Assembly (NCBI GenBank): GCA_964545475.1
Contig: CAZJGG010000001.1
Location: 6,173 to 70,172 of the forward strand
Direction: 5' to 3'
DNA: 64,000 bases
DNA from: an uncultured Eubacteriales bacterium
GTDB lineage: Bacteria > Bacillota > Clostridia > Lachnospirales > JAISER01
The notes under the pieces were generated by a model that did not search any database, was not told the DNA's origin, and saw nothing but the letters and a program-made list of their open reading frames with translations. This document shows, piece after piece, positions 28,775 to 37,796 of the stretch (its first letter is position 1; every line of letters starts with the position of its first letter). The translations under genes and the position numbers were made by a program.

Positions 28775-30214
28775 ATGGCTAAACTTTCATTGAATGATAT
28801 TGTAAATATTGTTGTTAATCTTTCACCCAAATCTGTCGTCAGGAAAGGCTTCAACCTCGGTTTATTTGTTGGCACGAGTGAAGTTGTTCCACCAGATGAG
28901 AGGGTCAGATTATACAACAATTTAGACGACATGTACGAAGATGGTTTTAGAGAAGACATGCCGGAATATAAAGCGGCTTCTAAATATTTTCAGCAAACAA
29001 AAAGACCAAACAAAGTGGCTATCGGTCGCCATGTAACAGCAGATGGATTGACGGAATTTACTGTAGCAACAGAAGAGGGAACTGAAGCAGGGCAGTTTGT
29101 TATTAACATAGAGCCTAACAATTTGGAATCCGGTAATAAATATGTTTACAAAACAGCGGTATCTTCTATTACCCTGCCTACATATTTGCAAACTCTAACA
29201 TCAGGATGGATAGAAATTGCAAACGGAGATGAAGTAACCGCTGTACAAGGAAACCTTATACTAATAGCCGAAGTTGATTCTGCAAATAGAGCTTTAAAAG
29301 TAGGCAAAGCCGTAATAGGTGGCGACAGCATACCTCTTAATTTACCTAAAAATGAAACAGTACTAGAGGCTATAAGAGCTTGTCGCAACAAAAATACCGA
29401 CTGGTATATAGTCATGTATTGCGGAGCTTCTAAGGATGATATTTTGGCAATATCCGAATACATAGAAACGGCAGTCCCCTCTTCTCTTTTCGGCTTCACT
29501 TCTAATGAAAAAGACGTGTTTACTGGGAGTAAAGAAAATATCTTCAACTTATTAAAGGATTATAAACGTATAAGGACATTTGGGCAATATACGGAAACTG
29601 AAGATGCGGTTGCTGCCATTATAGGCTACGCTATGGGTGCAAACACAAAAACAAGCCGAAGCGCATTTACCCTTATGCATAAAACAGAGGTCGGCGTTTT
29701 GCCGGACGACATTGACGAAACACAAGTTTACTATCTAAAAAAAGCAAACGCTAATTATTATGTAAGCCGTGGCTATGACGGCGAATACAGTATGTATGAA
29801 AACGGCGTAATGTGCGGTGAAGCATACTTTGATGAAATACTTAACCTTGACATGCTGGTAAATGACATGCAGCTGGCTATATTGGACTTGCTTAAAAGCC
29901 GTCCAAAGATACCTCAAACAGAAGCAGGAATGAATGATATAAAATTGGCAGTTAAACCTTCGCTTGATAAATCTAGGCTTATAGGCTTTATTGCACCAGG
30001 TAAATGGAATGGGCCAAGCATTTGGCTAACAAATGATTATTGCCCATTAGAAACCGGAGATATGATGCCTGACGGTTATATGATTTTATCCGAACCGATA
30101 GACAATCAAACCCAGGCGGACAGAGATGAGCGTAAGGCTGCACCTATTTATACGCCTATTAAGCTTTCTGGTGCAATTCATTCAGCTATAGTTCAAATTG
30201 ATGTCAATAGATAA
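28775..30214 (+). CDS. Tail sheath protein (DUF3383-like)
   Basis: 479 aa. Immediately precedes the tube, chaperone and tape measure genes. Confidence 0.65.
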   Translation: MAKLSLNDIVNIVVNLSPKSVVRKGFNLGLFVGTSEVVPPDERVRLYNNLDDMYEDGFREDMPEYKAASKYFQQTKRPNKVAIGRHVTADGLTEFTVATEEGTEAGQFVINIEPNNLESGNKYVYKTAVSSITLPTYLQTLTSGWIEIANGDEVTAVQGNLILIAEVDSANRALKVGKAVIGGDSIPLNLPKNETVLEAIRACRNKNTDWYIVMYCGASKDDILAISEYIETAVPSSLFGFTSNEKDVFTGSKENIFNLLKDYKRIRTFGQYTETEDAVAAIIGYAMGANTKTSRSAFTLMHKTEVGVLPDDIDETQVYYLKKANANYYVSRGYDGEYSMYENGVMCGEAYFDEILNLDMLVNDMQLAILDLLKSRPKIPQTEAGMNDIKLAVKPSLDKSRLIGFIAPGKWNGPSIWLTNDYCPLETGDMMPDGYMILSEPIDNQTQADRDERKAAPIYTPIKLSGAIHSAIVQIDVNR

Positions 30215-30228
30215 GGGAGGAATATTTA

Positions 30229-30660
30229 GTGGGATATAGCACTTATGCATTTGAAGATTTATCCGTTGTTGTTACCCACAGCGCTTTAGGACAATTGACA
30301 TTGCAAGGCACTGGCGTTGGTAATATACAGTTTAATATGGCAAACGATGTATCGGCTCACGACCTTGCCGCAGATGGTTCTGTAATGACATCAAAAATCA
30401 AGGCAGGAAACGGCACAATTGCAATATCAATACAGCAAACGTCAGAAGCACACCAATGGTTTACAAAGCTTTATAATTACCTTGTAACTGCTTCTTCTAG
30501 TGAGTGGGCACAAATTGCAATTATGGCAACTGCTCCTAATATGCAAGTGACCCATGAGGGTAGCAATCTTTCATTCCAAAAAAGAGCTGATAAACCATAT
30601 CAAGCGCAAGGACAGCAAGTTACATGGACGTTTCTTGCAGGGGACTTGAAAGAATATTAA
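30229..30660 (+). CDS. Tail tube protein (DUF3277-like)
   Basis: 143 aa, position after the sheath. GGGAGG RBS with GTG start. Confidence 0.6.
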   Translation: MGYSTYAFEDLSVVVTHSALGQLTLQGTGVGNIQFNMANDVSAHDLAADGSVMTSKIKAGNGTIAISIQQTSEAHQWFTKLYNYLVTASSSEWAQIAIMATAPNMQVTHEGSNLSFQKRADKPYQAQGQQVTWTFLAGDLKEY

Positions 30661-30675
30661 AATGGAGGGTTTTAA

Positions 30676-31179
30676 ATGTCTAATAATATTAAACACATTG
30701 AAATTGAAGGGCGTAGGTTTGGCATAAAGAAATTTGATGCGAAAACCAGCTTAAAAGTATCTAAACTTATTATTGCTAAAATCCTCCCGGTATTTGACCA
30801 GTTTGTTCCTCTGTTATCCGGGGGCGATGTAAACAATATACAAAAGGAATTGACAACAAAAGCAAGCGCAAATATAGAAGAATTTATCAATCTTGAAAGC
30901 ATATCAAAAGCATTAGATATGATGACAGATGAGGATATAGACAAAATTATTGATGTATCACTAAAGCATTGCTATGAGCAGCTTGCGGCAGGGCAAACGC
31001 AAGTATTAAGTCCTTTTGGAGTATACAGCGTACCTGATGTAGAAGATGATCCTATTCTTGTTATGCGATTAACCGTTGAGGCTATTATGTGGAGCATTGC
31101 CGGTTTTTTCGACGTAAACCGCTTGAGTTCAATATTGAAGCCTCTTGCGGGTATATTGTCGCAAAGTGCACCAATGTAG
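30676..31179 (+). CDS. Tail assembly chaperone (G-like, zero-frame product)
   Basis: Position between tube and tape measure. Carries a slippery site near its 3' end. Confidence 0.65.
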   Translation: MSNNIKHIEIEGRRFGIKKFDAKTSLKVSKLIIAKILPVFDQFVPLLSGGDVNNIQKELTTKASANIEEFINLESISKALDMMTDEDIDKIIDVSLKHCYEQLAAGQTQVLSPFGVYSVPDVEDDPILVMRLTVEAIMWSIAGFFDVNRLSSILKPLAGILSQSAPM

Positions 31180-31355
31180 ATGATCTTTTGTTTACTCCTG
31201 TTTTAGCCGGGCACTGGAAACAGCATGAGCTTTGGGATGGCACGTACACTCTTGACGATTTGTTGGACATAGTTGAGGTACTACAAGTTAAGGCTGAAAA
31301 CGAACGAAGAGCTAACGAAGCTGCCGAAACGGAGGCGAAGATAAGAAATGGCTAG
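30676..31355 (+). CDS. Tail assembly chaperone, -1 frameshift fusion product (GT-like)
   Basis: A slip at T TTT TTC (31104-31110) joins ..IAGFF to RRKPLEFNIE...ETEAKIRNG in the -1 frame. The product ends 8 nt inside the tape measure gene start. Confidence 0.6.
31104..31110 (+). promoter_or_regulatory. Programmed -1 ribosomal frameshift heptamer T TTT TTC
   Basis: X XXY YYZ heptamer in the correct zero frame (GGT TTT TTC). The -1 frame is open for 82 further codons. Confidence 0.6.
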
Positions 31356-33870
31356 CAACATACTATCAGAATACCTTGTAAAGCTTGGCATTAAAGATGA
31401 CCTCTCTAATAAACTTAAAGATATTTTGAGTAAATCATCTCAAGAAGTAAATCTTTTTGCTAAAGGTTTTGTTATTGCAGGTGGAGCTGTAGCCAGTCTT
31501 CTAGTCGCCGCCAATACAGGTATAGCAAAATTTGCTACAAACCTTGTTAAATCAGATGATGAGCTTACAAAATATGCAAAATCTATAAACAAAAGCAAAG
31601 AAGAGGCTTTTAAACTAAAAACTTCGCTTGATGCCATGGGTAAATCTATGGATGAAATTAAAAAGAGTGCAGAGCTTACTACAGTCTTTAAACAGCTCCA
31701 AAGGGATGCCGAAGGTATTAAGCCTCCTGATATGTCTGAAGGTCTAAAACAAGTAAAAGAAATTCAGACTGAGTTTGTGCGCCTAAAGCAATCCGGAAGC
31801 TACGCAATCCAGTGGGTAGGCCATTATTTACTAAAATACTTGCAGCAACCCATGACAAAGATGAAAGAGATATTTGGAGGCTTAAACGATTCTGTAATAA
31901 AAAACATGCCTAAATGGTCGGAAAAAATAGCTTCCGTCATGGCTTCTTTTGTTAGGCTTGGATTGACTGTTATACGAGGAGCATCTGCAATATTTAATGC
32001 TGTAAAGCAAATTTTTGATATGATTCCTAAAGAGATAAAGATTGTGGGGGGAGCGTTGGCTGCCCTTGCTTTGTTTATACGTGCAGGACCTATAGGAAAG
32101 TTAATAACAATTATTTCACTTGCTTTGTTACTTCTTGAGGATTTTTATACATACCTTGATGGCGGTGATGCTTTACTAGGAGGTATTTGGCAAAAGCTAA
32201 TAGACATCTGGAAAGTGCTTAAAGATAGTGGTGTTTTAGAAGCATTTAGGAATGGATTTGTAAATGCTTTAAATCTTATTGTAGAAAAAGCTACCGCTGT
32301 AATAGACATATTAAATAAATTCGGTTTAACTGATAAGATAATTAAAGGACTATTGATTACATTTCTTGGTTTTAAAGGTGTTGATATTGTAACAAATAAA
32401 TTAAACGCCTTTGCCAAAATATTAGGCAGTATATCAAATACAAATAAAACAGGTAAAATTGCAGGGCTTTCAAAAGCCTTTGGAAATGTCGTAAAGTCTA
32501 TTCCTAAAGTACCGCCATTCGTCTTGTGGATTGTAGGCATAACCGCATTAATAGGTATACTTGCTTTACTTTTTAAAAATAAAGAAAAAGTTCAAGAATT
32601 TATAAATGTCATTAAAGAAAAGACTAGAGAATTTTTAAATAAGTTAACTGAAATGCTTCCAGAACTTGTCCGAATAGGTGCAGAAATTGTTAATTTTTTA
32701 ATAGAAGGCGCAATGCAGATACTGCCACAGCTTATAGATGCCGGTATTAAAATTCTCACGTTTTTAATAAAAGGATTTATTAGGACCTTACCAAAGATTA
32801 TTAGTACTGTTTTAGTTTTAATTAATAAAATATTATCTACCCTAATTCAACACCTTCCAATGATTGTGCAGGCTGGCATAAATATTATTATGGCATTAAT
32901 CAATGGAATATTGAGTATTTTACCTGCATTAATAGAAGCTACAATTCAGCTTGTTATGGCAATATTAGATGCGATTATTAGTAATCTTCCATTTATAATT
33001 GAAGCTGGTATTCAAATATTACTTGCACTGATAAACGGAATCATACTGATCTTACCTCAGTTAACTGAGGCTGCAATAAACCTTATAATCACAATAATAA
33101 AAGCATTAGTTGAAAACTTGCCAACGATAATTGAAACTGGCATAAAAATTCTCATTGCCCTGATTAATGGTATTGTAAAAGCTATACCAAAACTTGTTGC
33201 TGCTATGCCTAAAATTGTTAAAGCTATTCTTAATGGATTAAAGATATTAAGCGTGGAACTTTTGAAACTTGGAGCAGATTTAGTAAGAATGCTTTGGGAA
33301 GGCATTCTTTCAATGGGTTCGTGGATTGGAGGCAAAGTCAGCGGGTTTTTTAAAGATTTATTTAATAAACAGAAGATTGAGGCAGAAGTCGAAACCATAA
33401 ACGCTAACGACCCAAAACCAAAACCATCCCCAAGTCCTGTCTCAGGCGGGGCTAGGGGTTACGCAGATGGTGGAATCGTAGACAAAGAGCAAATAGCCCA
33501 TATTGCAGAGGGTAACAAACCAGAAGCGATTATCCCTCTAACAAAACCTAATAGAGCCAGAGAATTATTGTCTGGTGCAATGAATTATTTGGGAATGGAT
33601 AATAAGGATAAACTCTCGCAAAAAATAGCTATGCTCACACAATTTACTGAAAAAGCTTATAACAAGCTTAATACCTTAGATGCTGGGTTAAATCAAAACT
33701 CAAGCTACTTATATACAACAAACAATACCGCTACAAACTATTATAATATTGAAATGCCAAGCAACTATACTATAAATGATGTGTCTGGCAGACCAGAGGC
33801 AATATCACAAGCAGTTGATAGGACTGCACAGATAAGGTTAAGAAACTTGCAGGGTGTTTTAAATACTTAA
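31348..33870 (+). CDS. Tail tape measure protein
   Basis: 840 aa with a long helical/hydrophobic repeat region (..LPxIIxAGIxILxALINGI.. repeated about 8 times). Position after the chaperone. Confidence 0.85.
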   Translation: MASNILSEYLVKLGIKDDLSNKLKDILSKSSQEVNLFAKGFVIAGGAVASLLVAANTGIAKFATNLVKSDDELTKYAKSINKSKEEAFKLKTSLDAMGKSMDEIKKSAELTTVFKQLQRDAEGIKPPDMSEGLKQVKEIQTEFVRLKQSGSYAIQWVGHYLLKYLQQPMTKMKEIFGGLNDSVIKNMPKWSEKIASVMASFVRLGLTVIRGASAIFNAVKQIFDMIPKEIKIVGGALAALALFIRAGPIGKLITIISLALLLLEDFYTYLDGGDALLGGIWQKLIDIWKVLKDSGVLEAFRNGFVNALNLIVEKATAVIDILNKFGLTDKIIKGLLITFLGFKGVDIVTNKLNAFAKILGSISNTNKTGKIAGLSKAFGNVVKSIPKVPPFVLWIVGITALIGILALLFKNKEKVQEFINVIKEKTREFLNKLTEMLPELVRIGAEIVNFLIEGAMQILPQLIDAGIKILTFLIKGFIRTLPKIISTVLVLINKILSTLIQHLPMIVQAGINIIMALINGILSILPALIEATIQLVMAILDAIISNLPFIIEAGIQILLALINGIILILPQLTEAAINLIITIIKALVENLPTIIETGIKILIALINGIVKAIPKLVAAMPKIVKAILNGLKILSVELLKLGADLVRMLWEGILSMGSWIGGKVSGFFKDLFNKQKIEAEVETINANDPKPKPSPSPVSGGARGYADGGIVDKEQIAHIAEGNKPEAIIPLTKPNRARELLSGAMNYLGMDNKDKLSQKIAMLTQFTEKAYNKLNTLDAGLNQNSSYLYTTNNTATNYYNIEMPSNYTINDVSGRPEAISQAVDRTAQIRLRNLQGVLNT

Positions 33871-33939
33871 TGCAAACATATAGACACGATTATTTTGTTG
33901 TGTTAGTATTGATTTATATTATATTTTGGAGGGGTAAGT

Positions 33940-34467
33940 GTGAAAAATGGTATTAAAGGGTTCATTGTCGGTTTATTTGTAAGCGTTGTAGGGGTTGCCA
34001 CTGCATTTGCTTCTGGAGGTATAAGAACGGCAGAGTTCAACTCCAACAAGGTCATTTTCAACGGAAAGCAACTAGATTTATCTTCCCAACAACTTATATC
34101 TGTTGTTAAGGACGGCGAATCAAGCGTTAGTAACTATATGCCTGTAAGGGCTGTTTTGGAACAGATGGGCTATAATGTAGGTTGGGATTCACCGACAAAC
34201 AGCATAACCATATCACATAATAAGATTGGTTTAGATGACATCATTGAGGATAGCGGAGTTACACTTAGACAGATGTTACTTAGAGAAGGTCATCGCATTG
34301 ATCTCAATACTATTAAAAACTTAGAATCTTATAGTGACCTAGAGTTTTTTAGTAGCGTATTAGAGCCTGAAATGCTTGCGATACTAATTGTCGATGACTA
34401 CATAACATGGAAAGATGAAGGAGAATCACTTTTTTCTGATATATGGGAGAATTTTTATATTAATTAA
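33940..34467 (+). CDS. Secreted protein with copper-amine-oxidase-N-terminal-like (stalk) domain; moron
   Basis: Signal peptide (..VATAFA/SGG). VIFNGKQLDL...YMPVRAVLEQMGYNVGWDSPTNSITIS. Has its own GGAGGGG RBS, an upstream AT-rich gap and a downstream terminator. Confidence 0.65.
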   Translation: MKNGIKGFIVGLFVSVVGVATAFASGGIRTAEFNSNKVIFNGKQLDLSSQQLISVVKDGESSVSNYMPVRAVLEQMGYNVGWDSPTNSITISHNKIGLDDIIEDSGVTLRQMLLREGHRIDLNTIKNLESYSDLEFFSSVLEPEMLAILIVDDYITWKDEGESLFSDIWENFYIN

Positions 34468-34470
34468 ATT

Positions 34471-34500
34471 AAAACACTCGCTTGATTGCGAGTGTTTTTT
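34471..34500 (+). terminator. Rho-independent terminator after the moron
   Basis: acactcgc-ttgatt-gcgagtgt followed by ttttt. Confidence 0.7.
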
Positions 34501-34514
34501 GATGGAGGCGTACA

Positions 34515-35111
34515 GTGGCTGAATACAATAAATCCCCACACGGTCAAGATGACGTATCCCAGCTAATAAGTGTAAAAACTAATATAAGCGGTTATTTCTT
34601 CGATGCATTCTTAAAACTTGACCACAGCAGTAAACTAAAAATAACAGAACACCCGGTTGAGGAAGGCGCAAACATAGCCGACCATGCATATGTAGAACCA
34701 CAATCTCTAACTATGGAAATAGGCATGTCTGATGTTTGCACAAGTTATGTAGATGGTCAGTTTAATCAGAGCTACACTCGTTCAGTATCAGCTTTCGACA
34801 CATTGAAAACATTACAGGAAAAAAGAGAGCCTTTAACTGTACACACACGTTTAAAGACGTATGAAAATATGCTTATTGAAACAATAACCGTACCAGACGA
34901 TTATATGACACTAAATGGTCTTCGTGCTACAATTGGGCTTAGGGAAATAATAGTAGCAAAAGTAAAAACGGTTGCAATGCCGAACAGAACGAGTGCAAAG
35001 CCACAAAAAACAGGGGAGACAAAGAAAGGCACAGTTACTCCTGTTAATAATTCGGTTATTCGTGATATATCAAATTTATTTACCAGAAACAGCGGTAGAA
35101 ACAAGGAATGA
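34515..35111 (+). CDS. Tail/baseplate protein (distal-tail-like), putative
   Basis: GGAGG RBS with GTG start. First gene of the baseplate block. Confidence 0.45.
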   Translation: MAEYNKSPHGQDDVSQLISVKTNISGYFFDAFLKLDHSSKLKITEHPVEEGANIADHAYVEPQSLTMEIGMSDVCTSYVDGQFNQSYTRSVSAFDTLKTLQEKREPLTVHTRLKTYENMLIETITVPDDYMTLNGLRATIGLREIIVAKVKTVAMPNRTSAKPQKTGETKKGTVTPVNNSVIRDISNLFTRNSGRNKE

Positions 35112-35115
35112 TTTT

Positions 35116-35460
35116 ATGTATTTTGAGATACCTCTAACGTCAGATCCTAACCAAAGCTTTAGATGTACAATTCCGGTTAATGATAACAACATGACATTTG
35201 TTTTTGACATAAGGTACAATTCAATAGCCGAGTATTGGGTTATGACAATAACTGACGATTTAACAGGTGAAATTTTAATTGATTCATTACCTCTAATTGC
35301 TGGAGAATATCCAACGATAAATATTTTAAGTGGATATGAACATTTACGAATTGGCAGTGCATATATCGTTAAGAGCAACCCGGACAATTTGTCAGTATGC
35401 CCTAATGATTTAAATTTAGGTACAGATTTTATTCTTGTTTGGGGTGACAATGATGAGTGA
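35116..35460 (+). CDS. Baseplate-associated hypothetical protein
   Basis: ATG 35116 lies just after the previous stop. The upstream ORF-track extension overlaps the prior gene. Confidence 0.45.
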   Translation: MYFEIPLTSDPNQSFRCTIPVNDNNMTFVFDIRYNSIAEYWVMTITDDLTGEILIDSLPLIAGEYPTINILSGYEHLRIGSAYIVKSNPDNLSVCPNDLNLGTDFILVWGDNDE

Positions 35461-36367
35461 TATAGATGGTAATGCTCTGTTTGGCAGACGATATAAAGTA
35501 ATTATTGGCACAGGCTCAAATGGTTTTGACGTTTCGGAGCTTAGGTGCACTTTTCAAATAGAAAAGAGCATGGCTGAAACACCAAACTATTCCGAAATAA
35601 CCATATACAATCTATCTCCACAAACAGAAAATATACTCATAAAAACAGGCAATAGGGTTTTGCTTGAAGCTGGCTATGAAGGTCCTCAATATGGTTTAAT
35701 ATTTGACGGTGAGGTTGTGCAGCCTTTAAGGGAACGTGAAAACGGACTTACGTATAAGCTAACGCTTGTCTCCCAAGATGGCGACAAATTCCTTAATGAC
35801 GGGATTGTAAATGCTTCTTACTCCGCAGGACAAACTCCCCGAACAATAGCTAATCAAGTTACAAGCGGAGCGACTAATCCAATACAAATTGATAGTATAT
35901 CTGAAAACTTAGAAGATAAAAAGCTTGTTAGAGGCAAAGTTGTATTTGGGCTTGCACGTGATTATTTAAGGCAAATTGCAAAGACTGAACAGGCGGCTTT
36001 TTATGTAAATGACGGAAAGGTTAATATTGTTAAAGCGACAGACGTGCCAAAAGGCAGAATTATTGATTTATCTCCTTCAAGCGGACTCATTGGAGATGTC
36101 CAGCAGACCGAAAACGGCGTTAAAGCAAAATGCTTATTGAACCCTTTGCTTAACATAAATTCTTTTGTGAATATTGATAATAGTTATGTAAGACAACAGA
36201 AAGCAAGCAGAGGGGCACAGCCTAAACAGGTGCATTATGATGGTGTGTATAGAATTATTAGCCTAACTCATACAGGTGATACCCGAGGCGCAACATGGTA
36301 TACCGAATTTGAAGGCGTTTCACAACCTGGGAAAACACCAAATACAGGGAAATCTATGAGAGGGTGA
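35450..36367 (+). CDS. Baseplate hub protein (gpD / XkdQ-like)
   Basis: RYKVIIG...ELRCTFQIEKS....SEITIYNLS...LEAGYEG pattern typical of late-control-D/XkdQ-type hubs. Confidence 0.6.
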   Translation: MMSDIDGNALFGRRYKVIIGTGSNGFDVSELRCTFQIEKSMAETPNYSEITIYNLSPQTENILIKTGNRVLLEAGYEGPQYGLIFDGEVVQPLRERENGLTYKLTLVSQDGDKFLNDGIVNASYSAGQTPRTIANQVTSGATNPIQIDSISENLEDKKLVRGKVVFGLARDYLRQIAKTEQAAFYVNDGKVNIVKATDVPKGRIIDLSPSSGLIGDVQQTENGVKAKCLLNPLLNINSFVNIDNSYVRQQKASRGAQPKQVHYDGVYRIISLTHTGDTRGATWYTEFEGVSQPGKTPNTGKSMRG

Positions 36368-36371
36368 GAAA

Positions 36372-37118
36372 ATGGGACTTGATGTTGGAATTGGACAAAA
36401 AATAGCCGAAGGTGAAGAGCAACAACGCAGAGCCATTGATAACGCCTTGGCGAATGCTCGGTTTTCAATGCCCGGGGAAATTGTTGATTTTGACGAAACA
36501 AAACAAACCGCAACGGTGCAACCACTCATAAAAGAAAGAGTAGATGACAAATGGGAGCAACTTCCCCAGTTATTAGACGTGCCTTGTTTCTTTCCCCGTG
36601 CTGGCGGTTATTGCGTAACGTTTCCGGTTAAACCTAGTGACGAATGCTTAGTTATTTTTGGCGATATGTGCCTAGATTCGTGGTGGCAATCCAGTGGTGT
36701 GCAAACACAGCTTGAAATGCGCCGTCATGATTTATCTGATGCCATGGCTCTTCTTGGTATAACAAGTGTACCAAAAGCCGTAGAGGATTACTCTACAAAT
36801 TCAATGCGTTTACGTAATGAAGATAACGATGCTTATTTTGAAATATGCGATGATAAAATAATGAATATTTATTGCGCTGAAACTATAAACGTCGAAACTC
36901 AAAAAGACTTAAATGTTAAAGCCGCTCAAAACATCAATGTTTTAGCAGAAGCTCAAATAAACATCACTGCACAATCTGATATTACAGTTAAATCAAGCGC
37001 AAGTATTAACGTTGAATCGTCTGGCGACATGCACTTAAAATCTAGTGGTGAGATAACTGTTGAAAGCGGAGGAAAAATGAAGCTTAAAGGTGTGAAAGTT
37101 GATATTAATGAAGGATAG
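36372..37118 (+). CDS. Baseplate central spike (Mu gp45 / Gp138-N-like) with C-terminal beta-helix repeats
   Basis: MPGEIVDFDETKQTATVQP...DVPCFFP..GGY.VTFPVKPSDECLVIFGD. C-terminal repeated INV..xx motifs. Confidence 0.65.
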   Translation: MGLDVGIGQKIAEGEEQQRRAIDNALANARFSMPGEIVDFDETKQTATVQPLIKERVDDKWEQLPQLLDVPCFFPRAGGYCVTFPVKPSDECLVIFGDMCLDSWWQSSGVQTQLEMRRHDLSDAMALLGITSVPKAVEDYSTNSMRLRNEDNDAYFEICDDKIMNIYCAETINVETQKDLNVKAAQNINVLAEAQINITAQSDITVKSSASINVESSGDMHLKSSGEITVESGGKMKLKGVKVDINEG

Positions 37119-37126
37119 GTGATTTT

Positions 37127-37417
37127 ATGCCAGAAGCTGCAAGACTAGGTGACAAAAGCACCGGTCATGATGATTGCGCCCCAACAGCATTAGTTACGGG
37201 TAGCCCAAACGTATTTATTAATGGAAAACCAGCTGCAAGAGTATCAGACAAATTTGCTTCCCACGGTTGCGATGAACATCCCCCACATCAGGATGAAGTA
37301 ATTCAAGGAAGCTCTACAGTATTTATTAATGGGCTTCCGGCTGCTAGAAAAGGTGACAAGCTTAAAATAGCTGGGACAATAGCAGAAGGAAGCCCAAACG
37401 TTTTTATAGGTGGTTGA
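37127..37417 (+). CDS. PAAR-domain spike-tip protein
   Basis: Three SPNVFINGKPAAR / STVFINGLPAAR / SPNVFIGG repeats with His/Cys ligands. Confidence 0.75.
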   Translation: MPEAARLGDKSTGHDDCAPTALVTGSPNVFINGKPAARVSDKFASHGCDEHPPHQDEVIQGSSTVFINGLPAARKGDKLKIAGTIAEGSPNVFIGG

Positions 37418-37418
37418 T

Positions 37419-37796
37419 ATGAAATACAGAGCTTTAGACGAAAAAGAAGATTATTCTTTTGGGACAAACAAGTTTTATACAAAAGTTGAAGCTGTGGCTC
37501 AAGCTATTTTAACTCGAATGCGGCTTTTATACGGAGAATGGTGGGAAAACACCGAAGATGGTTTACCGTTGTTTGAAAAAATATTAGGCACGTTTGGCGG
37601 TGCCGAAAACAAGAACGCTGTTGACTTAATCATAAGCGAACGCATTCTTGGGACAGAGGGAGTTACAGAAATCATAAGCTTTGAAAGTACTTTTTTAAAT
37701 AGAATTTACAGTGCACAATGCGTAGTTAATACCGTTTACGGTCAAGCTACGCTTTTTATTTCTGAAAATGCAAAGGCTGTGGAGGTGAAGTACTAA
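37419..37796 (+). CDS. Baseplate wedge protein (gpW/gp25-like), putative
   Basis: Size and position directly before the baseplate J gene. Confidence 0.5.
   Translation: MKYRALDEKEDYSFGTNKFYTKVEAVAQAILTRMRLLYGEWWENTEDGLPLFEKILGTFGGAENKNAVDLIISERILGTEGVTEIISFESTFLNRIYSAQCVVNTVYGQATLFISENAKAVEVKY

Noticed and set aside
32650-33250. Repetitive DNA/protein periodicity in the tape measure gene as a possible mobile or hypervariable repeat
   Set aside because: The periodic LPxIIxAGIxILxALINGI segments are the normal helical repeats of tape measure proteins. They are diverged at the DNA level, with no flanking recombinase or template repeat.
31440-33398. Antisense ORFs inside the tape measure gene (31440-31637, 32145-32540, 33057-33398) and similar antisense ORFs in terL, portal, alaS, the kinase gene and others
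   Set aside because: They are fully nested opposite well-supported genes, lack an RBS and have low-complexity translations. This is expected by chance in AT-rich DNA.
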